Assembly (NCBI GenBank): GCA_963737155.1
Contig: CAVTRN010000001.1
Location: 512,001 to 576,000, forward strand
DNA length: 64,000 nt
Reading direction: 5' to 3'
Source of the DNA: Nitrospirota bacterium
GTDB lineage: Bacteria > Nitrospirota > UBA9217
Numbering within the stretch: the first letter of the stretch is position 1; each line of letters begins with the position of its first letter. Under the pieces are notes generated by a model. The model made no database searches. It was given only the letters and a program-made list of their open reading frames with translations, and was not told the origin of the DNA. Made by a program: the position numbers and the translations under genes. This document shows positions 19,436 through 28,928 of this stretch, piece by piece.

Positions 19436-20521
19436 GTGCTCAACCGATCGTTCTGGAAAAATAGGAAAGTTTTCATAACCGGGCATACGGGATTCAAAGG
19501 AGCCTGGCTCTCCCTGTGGCTTCATGCATGGGGAGCCCGAGTGTTCGGCTATGCCTTAGATCCCCCGACAAACCCCAGCCTCTATGAATTGTGCCAGATC
19601 GACCAAGTGATTGACTCTACTACTATAGCCGATATACGGGACGGGGAAGCTCTCAGGAAGGCTTTCCAGATGTTTTTACCCGAAATCGTCATACACCTGG
19701 CTGCACAACCACTCGTTCGGGATTCCTATAATATTCCGATCGAGACCTATGCCGTAAACGTAATGGGCATAGTGAATCTCTGCGAGGCAGTGCGGAGCTG
19801 CCCATCCGTCAGGGTTGTTCTGAATGTCACGACTGATAAATGCTATGAAAACAAAGAGTGGGTCTGGGGATATCGCGAAAATGATCGGCTTGGCGGTCAT
19901 GACCCCTATTCTAGCAGCAAAGCATGCTCGGAACTGGTTACCGCTGCCTATCGAAACTCTTACTTTCACCCTGACAACTATGCAAGACATGGCGTAGCGG
20001 TTGCCTCGGCCCGCGCTGGCAACGTCATCGGTGGTGGCGACTGGGCTGCCGACCGGCTTGTCCCCGATTGCCTTCAGGCGATTCTTCGCGGGGAGAAGGC
20101 CATAATCAGGAATCCGCGGGCAATCCGACCGTGGCAGCATGTCCTTGAGCCGCTCGGTGGATACCTTCTTCTTGCACAAAAGCTGTATGAAGCCGGTCCG
20201 GGCTTCGGCGGCGCGTGGAACTTCGGGCCCCATGATTCCGATGCCGTGCCAGTCGAGCAGCTTGTAAAAAACCTATGTTTCAAATGGGGCAATGACGCAT
20301 CCTACATTGTTGATGAAGGTCAATATCCTCCTCATGAAACCAATTTTCTGAGGCTCGATTGCTCTAAGTCACGGGCGATGCTTGGGTGGCGTCCCCACTG
20401 GAATCTTGACAAAGCTCTCGACATGGTGATTGAATGGACATCGGACTTTCAGGGAGGCAAAGACGTGAAAAAGGGCTGTCTTGGTCAAATCGATGAATAT
20501 CTGTCCAGAGCCGAGGCGTAG
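19436..20521 (+). CDS. rfbG: CDP-glucose 4,6-dehydratase
   Basis: TGHTGFKGAWL, HLAAQPLVR, TTDKCYEN, DPYSSSK and RPWQHVLEPL motifs; GTG start. Confidence 0.95.
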   Translation: MLNRSFWKNRKVFITGHTGFKGAWLSLWLHAWGARVFGYALDPPTNPSLYELCQIDQVIDSTTIADIRDGEALRKAFQMFLPEIVIHLAAQPLVRDSYNIPIETYAVNVMGIVNLCEAVRSCPSVRVVLNVTTDKCYENKEWVWGYRENDRLGGHDPYSSSKACSELVTAAYRNSYFHPDNYARHGVAVASARAGNVIGGGDWAADRLVPDCLQAILRGEKAIIRNPRAIRPWQHVLEPLGGYLLLAQKLYEAGPGFGGAWNFGPHDSDAVPVEQLVKNLCFKWGNDASYIVDEGQYPPHETNFLRLDCSKSRAMLGWRPHWNLDKALDMVIEWTSDFQGGKDVKKGCLGQIDEYLSRAEA

Positions 20522-20522
20522 C

Positions 20523-21878
20523 GTGCTGAAAGACCGAGAGCAGGAATTGCGCAGAGAGGCAGTTGAAGCTGCCATCCGCTACTACGCGCATAGGCATAAG
20601 GCTGGCCGCGTATTCACCCCGGGCGACCGCATTCCCTACGCGTCCCGCGTTTTCGACGAGAGAGAAGTGGCTGCGCTGGTCGACGCATCGCTTGATTTCT
20701 GGCTCACGGCCGGAAGGTATGCGGAGCAATTCGAGCGGGGCTTCGCGGAATTTCTGGGCGTCAAGCATTGTTCGCTGACAAATTCAGGTTCTTCTGCGAA
20801 CCTCCTCGCCTTCATGGCGCTAACATCGCCCAAACTGGGCGAACGACGGATCAGGAAGGGCGACGAAGTGATCACCGCCGCGGCAGCCTTCCCGACAACA
20901 GTCGCCCCGATAATCCAATTCGGCGCCGTGCCCGTATTTGTCGACGTCACACTGCCCACCTGCAACGTAGACTGCTCCCAGCTCGACCAGGCGCTATCGC
21001 AGAAGACCAAGGCCGTGATGCTGGCCCACACACTCGGCAACCCCTTTGATCTGGCCTCGGTCAGGGACTTCTGCAACCGACACGAATTGTGGCTGATTGA
21101 GGACAATTGCGACGCTTTGGGCTCCCGTTTTTTTCTGGACGGATCTTGGAGATTTACAGGCACCATCGGACATATCGGTACGTCGAGCTTCTACCCTCCC
21201 CACCACATGACGATGGGAGAGGGCGGCGCAACCTATACTAATGATGCAAAGCTAAAACGCCTCGTGGAATCCTTCCGTGACTGGGGCAGAGACTGTTGGT
21301 GTCCTTCAGGTCATGATAATACTTGCGAACAGCGGTTTACACAACAGTTCGGGGAACTGCCGAGGGGTTACGACCATAAGTACGTATATTCCCATTTTGG
21401 CTACAACCTGAAGGTAACAGACATGCAGGCAGCCATCGGATGCGCGCAGCTTGAAAAACTCCCCCGCTTTATTGAAGCACGAAAGAAGAACTGGGAGGTC
21501 CTGAGAAAAGGCCTTTCATCACTCGCGGACGCACTCATTCTTGCGGAGCCGACTAAGAATTCCGATCCAAGCTGGTTCGGTTTTTTGATGACGGTAAAAC
21601 AAGATGCCGATTTTTCACGGGACGAGATCGTCGCTCATCTTGAAAAAAACGGGATCCAGACAAGGATGCTTTTTGCAGGAAACCTCGTCAAACACCCTTG
21701 CTTTGACGAGATGCGTTCAACGGGTTTTGGCTATCGCGTCGCTGATCGACTGACCAACACTGATATCATCATGAATTCATCATTCTGGATCGGCACATAC
21801 CCCGGAATGTCAGAAGAGATGCTAATGTATATGGTTTCGAAAATTCACGAGTTTATAAAAAAGAAAACAGTTTCCTAG
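20523..21878 (+). CDS. rfbH: CDP-4-keto-6-deoxyglucose 3-dehydrase (E1, DdhC)
   Basis: SFYPPHHMTMGEGG (His in place of the PLP Lys) and RDWGRDCWC...DNTC Fe-S motif. Confidence 0.93.
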   Translation: MLKDREQELRREAVEAAIRYYAHRHKAGRVFTPGDRIPYASRVFDEREVAALVDASLDFWLTAGRYAEQFERGFAEFLGVKHCSLTNSGSSANLLAFMALTSPKLGERRIRKGDEVITAAAAFPTTVAPIIQFGAVPVFVDVTLPTCNVDCSQLDQALSQKTKAVMLAHTLGNPFDLASVRDFCNRHELWLIEDNCDALGSRFFLDGSWRFTGTIGHIGTSSFYPPHHMTMGEGGATYTNDAKLKRLVESFRDWGRDCWCPSGHDNTCEQRFTQQFGELPRGYDHKYVYSHFGYNLKVTDMQAAIGCAQLEKLPRFIEARKKNWEVLRKGLSSLADALILAEPTKNSDPSWFGFLMTVKQDADFSRDEIVAHLEKNGIQTRMLFAGNLVKHPCFDEMRSTGFGYRVADRLTNTDIIMNSSFWIGTYPGMSEEMLMYMVSKIHEFIKKKTVS

Positions 21879-21889
21879 GGAGAGAGAAT

Positions 21890-23401
21890 ATGCCGACATA
21901 TTTTGATGAACCGCTCTTTGTCTTCGAGATGGCGAACAACCACATGGGAAGCGTTGACCATGGTCTTGACATGATTCAAGCCTTTGGTGATGTTGCAGGC
22001 CGTTTCCCGTTTAGATTCGCCTTAAAGTTTCAGTTTCGGCACTTTGAAACTTTTATCCATCCTGATTATCAGTCGCGTTCGGACCTGAAATACGTAAAAC
22101 GTTTCAGCGCCACAAAATTGACGAAGGAGCAATTTCAACGGCTTAAGGATGCTGCGGATGCACGGAATTTCATCGCGATGTGCACACCCTTTGATGAACT
22201 GTCTGTTGATCTGGCAGAGCAAATGGGATTTGACATCCTCAAGATCGCAAGTTGCTCCTTTACTGATTGGCCTCTCCTAGAACGTATCGCCCGGACGGAT
22301 AAACCGCTTATTGCTTCAACTGCAGGAGCTACCATCAAGAATATAGACAAGGTTGTGAGTTTTTTCCGACATCGGGGGAAACAGTTCGCAATCATGCACT
22401 GTGTGGGGGAGTATCCAACGACGGTGGATCATTTGCAACTGAATCAAATAGACTTGCTCAAACAAAGATATCAGGACGTTCCCGTCGGATTTTCAACACA
22501 TGAGGAGCCGTCCAATTTGGCTTCCATCCAGATGGCCATTGCGAAGGGCGCCGTTATTTTCGAAAAACATATCGCGATTGACACGTTGGAATTCAAAAAG
22601 AATGACTACTCTGCGACGCCTGAGCAGACAGGCCTCTGGTTGGATTCTGCTGCGCAAGCATTTCAGATGTGTGGCATTATCGGCAATCGGTCAAAGGCCA
22701 CCGAAAAGGAGCTGGCCGATCTTCGTCAGTTTAAGCGGGGGGTGTTCACATCCCGAAAGATAGCAAAGGGAGAAAAGATAGATCGAATAAACACTTTTTT
22801 CGCTTTTCCGAATTCCGATGGTCAGCTGCTTGCTAATGATATGTCCAAGTATATTGACTATTATGCTGAGAAGGATATCGAAGAACGCGGAGCGATCAAG
22901 ACAGACGAAATCAAGGCTATTGATAAGCGGGAGCGGGTATATAACGTCGTTCAACGGGTGAAGCGGATGCTCGTGGACGGAAATGTGGTCGTGCCAGGGA
23001 TGGCCACTCTCGAGATATCACATCACTACGGGCTTGAACGCTTTGAGGAATATGGCTGCACGATCATCAATGTAATCAACCGTGAATATTGCAAGAAATT
23101 GATCCTGCTCTTCCCAGGCCAGAAGCATCCAGAACAGTATCACAAACTGAAGGAAGAAACCTTTGTTGTCCTACATGGAGATGTGCAACTGACTTTGGAT
23201 GACACACTGAAACGCTGCAAACGAGGCGATATCGTCACCGTCAACCGCGGGGTGAGGCATCCCTTCACCTCCACAGGCGGGGCGATCATTGAAGAGATTT
23301 CATCCACCCATTTAAAGGATGACTCCTATTACACCGACGAGGAGATACTGAAAAATGGCAATAGAAAAACGGTACTTTCATACTGGATGGGCGCTGATTA
23401 G
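21890..23401 (+). CDS. NeuB-family PEP-dependent ulosonate synthase fused to SAF and cupin domains
   Basis: EMANNHMG, KIASCS, HCVGEYPT, GFSTHE and FEKH motifs; C-terminal YCKK...QKHPEQYHKLKEETF...H cupin (D-lyxose-isomerase-like). Confidence 0.85.
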   Translation: MPTYFDEPLFVFEMANNHMGSVDHGLDMIQAFGDVAGRFPFRFALKFQFRHFETFIHPDYQSRSDLKYVKRFSATKLTKEQFQRLKDAADARNFIAMCTPFDELSVDLAEQMGFDILKIASCSFTDWPLLERIARTDKPLIASTAGATIKNIDKVVSFFRHRGKQFAIMHCVGEYPTTVDHLQLNQIDLLKQRYQDVPVGFSTHEEPSNLASIQMAIAKGAVIFEKHIAIDTLEFKKNDYSATPEQTGLWLDSAAQAFQMCGIIGNRSKATEKELADLRQFKRGVFTSRKIAKGEKIDRINTFFAFPNSDGQLLANDMSKYIDYYAEKDIEERGAIKTDEIKAIDKRERVYNVVQRVKRMLVDGNVVVPGMATLEISHHYGLERFEEYGCTIINVINREYCKKLILLFPGQKHPEQYHKLKEETFVVLHGDVQLTLDDTLKRCKRGDIVTVNRGVRHPFTSTGGAIIEEISSTHLKDDSYYTDEEILKNGNRKTVLSYWMGAD

Positions 23402-23407
23402 TTCCTA

Positions 23408-24022
23408 ATGATCCAGAAATTTAACCGTCTGGCTATGATAAAAACAATAGTCTGGGATATAGATGATGTGATGAACGACCTGATGAGGTCATGGCTGGAG
23501 TACGACTGGCTGCCGACGCATCCGGACTGCAGGCTGTGCTACAGCGACATAACGGAGAATCCGCCTCATCGCCTGCTCGGCGTCAGCGCGTCCGAGTATC
23601 TCGCGTCGCTTGACCGGTTTAGAATGTCCCCCGCGGCAGCGAAAATGAAGCCTCCTGATGGATTGTTTAACTGGTTTGAAAATCATGGCGCCCGATTCCG
23701 CCATGTCGCCCTGACGGCAAGACCCGTTGAAACAGTAGCCCCCGCCTTCACCTGGACACTGCAGCATTTTGGCCAGTGGTTTGAGACCTTCGCATTTGTC
23801 CCATCTGAGCGACCTGGGCAATTGCACAATGGTCCAGAACGGAGCAAGGAAGAGTATCTTGCATGGCTCAGTCGTGTGAATTTTTTTATTGACGATAGCC
23901 AAGCCAATGTTGCAACTTCAAGAAAACTGGGACTACGTTCATTCCTCGTCAGCAGGCCGTGGAACACCGGTGGAAAAGAGCTCAAGACCATCCTGAGGCA
24001 TATTCTGGATGAAACGGAATAA
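23408..24022 (+). CDS. HAD-superfamily (5'-nucleotidase-like) phosphatase
   Basis: WDIDDV motif I, LTARP motif II and FIDDS motif IV. Confidence 0.75.
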   Translation: MIQKFNRLAMIKTIVWDIDDVMNDLMRSWLEYDWLPTHPDCRLCYSDITENPPHRLLGVSASEYLASLDRFRMSPAAAKMKPPDGLFNWFENHGARFRHVALTARPVETVAPAFTWTLQHFGQWFETFAFVPSERPGQLHNGPERSKEEYLAWLSRVNFFIDDSQANVATSRKLGLRSFLVSRPWNTGGKELKTILRHILDETE

Positions 24023-24062
24023 AACTAAGCATTCGCACTGAGACATGGAAGGATCCGGCTTT

Positions 24063-25850
24063 ATGAAACTGTCAGACTATATTATGGCGTTTATCGCCGC
24101 ACACGGCGTGAAACATGTCTTTATGCTCCCCGGCGGCGGGGCAATGCATCTGGTGGATTCTCTCGGGAAAAATCGGAGACTACGCTATACCTGCAATCTC
24201 CATGAGCAGGCGTGCGCCATTGCCGCAGATGCATACAGCCAATACACAAATAGCCTTAGTGTGTCGCTTGTCACCACCGGCCCCGGAGGAACAAATACGA
24301 TCACCGGGGTCGCCGCATCGTGGCTCGACTCAATACCGGTCATGTTCATATCCGGCCAGGTAAAACGCGCGGATATGATCGGGACGCGCAAAGTGAGGCA
24401 GATAGGTTTTCAGGAAATCGACATCGTCAGCATAGTCCGTCCGATCACGAAATATGCCGTAACTGTAACTAACCCCGACGATATCAGATTCCACCTTGAA
24501 AAGGGTCTCTATCTTGCGCAATCCGACAGGCCTGGCCCCGTGTGGATTGACGTGCCGCTGGATGTGCAAGCTGCAATGATTGATGAGCGAATGCTGCAGT
24601 CTTATAAACCGCCAACAAGAAGAAAGCACCCTCCTGTTAAGAGAGCCGCCACCTCAGCCATTCGCATGCTGAACAACGCTGAGAGACCAGTCATCCTTGC
24701 CGGAAACGGAATTCGATTGTCCGGCAGTCTGAAAACATTCAGACAGCTGATCAAAACTCTTGATGTCCCCGTGCTAACAACCTGGAAGGCCATGGACCTT
24801 CTTCCCGAAACCCATCCGCTATATGCCGGTAGGCCCGGATCGATTGGGCAGCGGGGCGCCAATTTCGCGCAGCAGAATGCCGACCTCATTTTGGTTCTCG
24901 GGGCGAGGCTTGACCTCGGCCAGACCGCATACAACCACAAAAATTTTGCACGCGCGGCCATGAAAATCATGGTGGACATCGACCCGTATGAAATCAGGAA
25001 GATGGACACAACCATCGATCTTGCGGTTGAGGCCGATGTTGCGCTCTTTATTGAAGAGTTGCTTCGACGGAAATCTGGCTTGAAACGGAAAGACCACACG
25101 CCGTGGCTTTCGCGCTGCAAGGAGTGGCAAAAGAGATACCCTGTCGTATTAGCCGAGTACGGAAACCAGAAACACTTTGTAAATGACTACGTACTGATAA
25201 ACGTCCTTTCAGACGAAATGAGAGCTGATGACCTGATGATCCCCGGTAGTTCCGGTGCCTGCAGCGAGCGGACTATGCAGGCCTTCCGTGTGAAAGAGGG
25301 ACAGCGCGTATTTAACAGCGAAGGCCTCGGGTCCATGGGATTCGGCATACCGATGGCTATCGGAGGCTGCATTGCCAGCGGAAGGAAGAGAACGGTCTGT
25401 ATCGACGGGGACGGTGGGTTCGCAATGAACATCCAGGAACTGGAGGTTGTGCGGAGGGAAAACCTGCCAATCAAATTCTTTGTTCTGAACAATCAGGGAT
25501 ATGTCTCCATACAGATGACCCAGAAAAACTATTTCAACAGCCGGTTTGTTGCAAGCACTAGACAAAGCGGCCTTACACTACCTGATTATAAAAAGCTGGC
25601 AAAAGCCTTCGGCATACCTGTATTTCAACTGAAGAATCATAAAGACATCAGGGCAAAGGTCCGGAAGATATTGAATACGAGGGGGCCTGTTGTTTGTGAG
25701 GTTATGGTATCGCCCGACCAGACGACCGCACCGCGAATTTCATCGAAGCAACAGGCCGATGGCTCTATGGTTACGTTACCCATGGAGGATTTGTGGCCGT
25801 TCCTGGATCGGGAAGAGTTGGAACGCAATATGGACACATCACGGATGTAA
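24063..25850 (+). CDS. ThDP-dependent enzyme (acetolactate synthase/YerE-like sugar-branching enzyme)
   Basis: HEQAC, VTTGPGGTN, RPGPVWIDVPLD and GDGG...NN ThDP motif; located in a CDP-dideoxysugar operon. Confidence 0.85.
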   Translation: MKLSDYIMAFIAAHGVKHVFMLPGGGAMHLVDSLGKNRRLRYTCNLHEQACAIAADAYSQYTNSLSVSLVTTGPGGTNTITGVAASWLDSIPVMFISGQVKRADMIGTRKVRQIGFQEIDIVSIVRPITKYAVTVTNPDDIRFHLEKGLYLAQSDRPGPVWIDVPLDVQAAMIDERMLQSYKPPTRRKHPPVKRAATSAIRMLNNAERPVILAGNGIRLSGSLKTFRQLIKTLDVPVLTTWKAMDLLPETHPLYAGRPGSIGQRGANFAQQNADLILVLGARLDLGQTAYNHKNFARAAMKIMVDIDPYEIRKMDTTIDLAVEADVALFIEELLRRKSGLKRKDHTPWLSRCKEWQKRYPVVLAEYGNQKHFVNDYVLINVLSDEMRADDLMIPGSSGACSERTMQAFRVKEGQRVFNSEGLGSMGFGIPMAIGGCIASGRKRTVCIDGDGGFAMNIQELEVVRRENLPIKFFVLNNQGYVSIQMTQKNYFNSRFVASTRQSGLTLPDYKKLAKAFGIPVFQLKNHKDIRAKVRKILNTRGPVVCEVMVSPDQTTAPRISSKQQADGSMVTLPMEDLWPFLDREELERNMDTSRM

Positions 25851-25891
25851 TAAACACCTATCTTGATAGGCCGGAAACGAGTGATTTATTT

Positions 25892-26389
25892 ATGGCGTTA
25901 CGAGACGATATTAGCAACCTAGAGTCTTTAATTCACAACCCGCGTAAGGGGCTGCCAGAGGAAGTGTTTCTCTTTGTCAGCAGAATCACGCCTCTCGTTA
26001 ATGTGGACCTGCTGATCAAGAATGCTGCAAATGAAACCCTCCTCACTTGGAGAGATGAGGGAGATTATTCACCGGGTTGGCATATCCCGGGTGGAATCAT
26101 CCGCTTCAAGGAAACCATCGCTGGCAGGATTGCCGCAGTTGCGCGGCAGGAGCTTGGCACCGATGTAGAGTGTGATCCTGCGCCCACGGCAATCCATGAA
26201 ATCATTCACAGCGAGAGAAAGGACAGAGGGCATTTTATTTCACTCCTTTTTCGGTGCTATCTGGTTTCCCGACTTGACGCGACTTTGCATTATGACGGAG
26301 TAACACCAAGGCCGGGCGTATGGATGTGGCACCGTGCCTGCCCGGATAATCTTATCGCCGGCCACGACATCTATAGAAAGTATATATAA
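25892..26389 (+). CDS. NUDIX hydrolase (GDP-mannose mannosyl hydrolase-like)
   Basis: TPLVNVDLLIK and GWHIPGGIIRFKET....A.QELG motifs. Confidence 0.75.
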   Translation: MALRDDISNLESLIHNPRKGLPEEVFLFVSRITPLVNVDLLIKNAANETLLTWRDEGDYSPGWHIPGGIIRFKETIAGRIAAVARQELGTDVECDPAPTAIHEIIHSERKDRGHFISLLFRCYLVSRLDATLHYDGVTPRPGVWMWHRACPDNLIAGHDIYRKYI

Positions 26390-26392
26390 TTC

Positions 26393-27535
26393 ATGACCAG
26401 GCAATATACCATATGCAGGGTATGTGGACATCCACTCTTTGACCAGGCACTGCTCACTTTTAAGAACATGCCTCGGGCAGCTCAGCATCTACCGGATGCT
26501 CACTCTCTTGAGCTGGATTCAGGGGTAGATCTTGAAGTCTGCCAATGCGTCGGGTGCGGGCAGGTACAGTTGAGTAATGACCCTGTCCCGTATTACAGGG
26601 AAGTCATCCGTGCCGCTGCAATTTCAGATGAGATGATACAGTTCAGGCTCGGACAGTTCACTGAATTGGTAAACCGACACTCGCTTGCAGGAAAGAAAGT
26701 TATTGAGTTCGGTTGCGGTCGTGGTGAGTATCTCGCGCTTATGCATCAAAGCGGTGCGGATGTGTATGGGATAGAGTATGGCGAGGATTCCGTCACTTAC
26801 TGCATCCGTAACGGGCTGAACGTTTTCCGCGGTTATATCGATGCGAGTAACTTTAAGATCAAGAATGCCCCGTTCGATGCATTTATGATCCTGAACTTTC
26901 TTGAGCATCTCCCTGATATCAATACTGTCCTGCGCGGCATATTTAATAACCTATCAGATGCTGCTATCGGTCTTGTCGAGGTACCGAACTTTGACATGAT
27001 TGTGCGCCGCAAATTGTTTTCGGAGTTTACCAGCGATCATCTTTATTATTTTACCCGAGAGACTCTTCAGGCTGTACTGCAACGTAATGGTTTCGACGTC
27101 ATCGAATGCGCTCCTGTATGGCATGATTATATCATTTCAGCAACGGTTCAGAAGCGCGACCGTCTCGATTTGTCTTGTTTCACCGACCAGCAGACGATGG
27201 TGAGACAGGAGTTAAACCGCTTTATCGGCCGGTTTAGTGTCAACAAAGTTGCCATATGGGGCGCAGGACATCAAGCTCTAGCCGTCATGGCACTGACCGA
27301 TCTAAATGGAAAGATCAGGTATGTTGTAGATTCCGCACCCTTCAAGCAGGGCAAATACACACCGGCGACGCATATCCCGATTGTTGCTCCAGATATGCTC
27401 GTGAACGACCCGGTGGAAGCAATTATCGTGATGGCTGCGAGTTATTCTGATGAGGTTGCCGGAATTATCCGGCAGCGCTTTGGATCTTCCATTTCGTTGG
27501 CAATACTCAGGGCCCATGGATTAGAAATGCTGTAG
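26393..27535 (+). CDS. SAM-dependent sugar methyltransferase (NDP-hexose C-methyltransferase-like architecture)
   Basis: CRVC..CVGC Zn site, EFGCGRG, LEH, EVPN, HLYYF, WGAG and DSAPFKQGKY.P motifs. Confidence 0.8.
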   Translation: MTRQYTICRVCGHPLFDQALLTFKNMPRAAQHLPDAHSLELDSGVDLEVCQCVGCGQVQLSNDPVPYYREVIRAAAISDEMIQFRLGQFTELVNRHSLAGKKVIEFGCGRGEYLALMHQSGADVYGIEYGEDSVTYCIRNGLNVFRGYIDASNFKIKNAPFDAFMILNFLEHLPDINTVLRGIFNNLSDAAIGLVEVPNFDMIVRRKLFSEFTSDHLYYFTRETLQAVLQRNGFDVIECAPVWHDYIISATVQKRDRLDLSCFTDQQTMVRQELNRFIGRFSVNKVAIWGAGHQALAVMALTDLNGKIRYVVDSAPFKQGKYTPATHIPIVAPDMLVNDPVEAIIVMAASYSDEVAGIIRQRFGSSISLAILRAHGLEML

Positions 27536-27559
27536 CAAGGTGAAGAGGAGGCAGTCCCT

Positions 27560-28657
27560 ATGGCACGTCAGCCTGAAAATTTAACGATAGATGAAACACA
27601 AAAACGGGAGACATTAAAGAAACTGAAACCGTATGTCTATAAAAAGATTCTGCAGTATGATGAGAAGGTGAAGCGAGGAGAGAGCATAGCTATTCTGCAG
27701 TTTCAGTATGATTACACATGCAACTTTCGTTGCGAGCACTGCTGCATCACTAAACTGCGCAGAAAAGAGGGCGGGCGGTGCTTCACAATTGCTGACGTGA
27801 AGGAACTTTCGCGTCAGGCGGACGAGATGGGACTTGCGCATATTGTTATTACCGGTGGAGAACCCCTCGTGTTTCCGGATTTTGATGAAATCGTAAAGGC
27901 GATTGATCCCCAGAAGTTTTACATTACCTCAGATACCAATGGATGGTTTTTGGATGCGAAACGCGCAAAGCATCTGAAAGAGATCGGCGTGGATAAGATT
28001 CAGCTGAGCCTGGACAATCTTTCTTCTGATGAACACGACACATTCAGAAAACACAAGGGCGCACATGAACATGCATTGCGCGCCATTGATGCGGCACAGA
28101 GTGCCGGTTTAAGTCTTCTCGTGCAGACGGTTGTATCCAAACAACGGGTCAGGTCCCAGGAGTTTCTTGACTTTCTAAGGTTTCTAAACCTCAAGGGTGT
28201 GCCTGTGTTTGTAACCTATGCCAAACCGGTGGGTGATTGGGAGGGAAACTTTGACGTCCTCGTCTCGAAGGAAGATATGGAGTATGTCAGATCATTGGAA
28301 AAGAAATATCAGGTATTTACGCATTTGACCCCATCGTACGGCCTGGAACTGGGTTGCATTGCTGTCAAACGGATGGTGTCGATTACCAAATACGGTGATG
28401 TCATGCCCTGTCCGTATATCCACACGTCACTCGGCAATTTTTTTAAGGAGCCGCTGAAGGATATCATTGAACGCGGCCTGAACATAAAGTTCTTTGGGAA
28501 ATTCGTCGATACATGTCTTATTGCAGAAGACCGAGATTTTATCAATAATTTCGATGTAAAGAAAATATACGGCAAGCCGCTTCCGGTGCCTTGCAATGAA
28601 GTTTTTTCTGCAGAGGATATTATTACCAAGGATCAGCGGAAGCTCTATCGGCCATAA
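27560..28657 (+). CDS. Radical SAM protein with SPASM/twitch domain
   Basis: CNFRCEHC, TGGEP and C...G.VMPC motifs. Confidence 0.88.
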   Translation: MARQPENLTIDETQKRETLKKLKPYVYKKILQYDEKVKRGESIAILQFQYDYTCNFRCEHCCITKLRRKEGGRCFTIADVKELSRQADEMGLAHIVITGGEPLVFPDFDEIVKAIDPQKFYITSDTNGWFLDAKRAKHLKEIGVDKIQLSLDNLSSDEHDTFRKHKGAHEHALRAIDAAQSAGLSLLVQTVVSKQRVRSQEFLDFLRFLNLKGVPVFVTYAKPVGDWEGNFDVLVSKEDMEYVRSLEKKYQVFTHLTPSYGLELGCIAVKRMVSITKYGDVMPCPYIHTSLGNFFKEPLKDIIERGLNIKFFGKFVDTCLIAEDRDFINNFDVKKIYGKPLPVPCNEVFSAEDIITKDQRKLYRP

Positions 28658-28928
28658 TTACCTAGATTACGGTCAATCAAATTATTCCATAAAAGATTTA
28701 AGATGAAAAGGGTGAATGGATGGATCCTAATAAGGAAACACTCATGAAGTTATTCGAGCCCATTCCCTCATGATTTTTTAAACTGCACGCCACGAATTAT
28801 CAGGCAACAAAAGGTTATGAGCTATCACTCCCAGGTGAATATGAATTTATATGTATATCTGCCGCTCAAACTACGGCGTGAAGGCGCATTCGCAAGGCCA
28901 TTTTAGTAAATATAGGCTGAGATAGACC

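Noticed and set aside
24063-25850. Housekeeping acetolactate synthase ilvB
   Set aside because: No ilvN/ilvC nearby and it is embedded in a CDP-sugar operon, so it is more likely a sugar-branching enzyme
28658-28928. AT-rich gap in the sugar operon as a small gene
   Set aside because: Only very short ORFs; possibly a deletion scar, but not supportable
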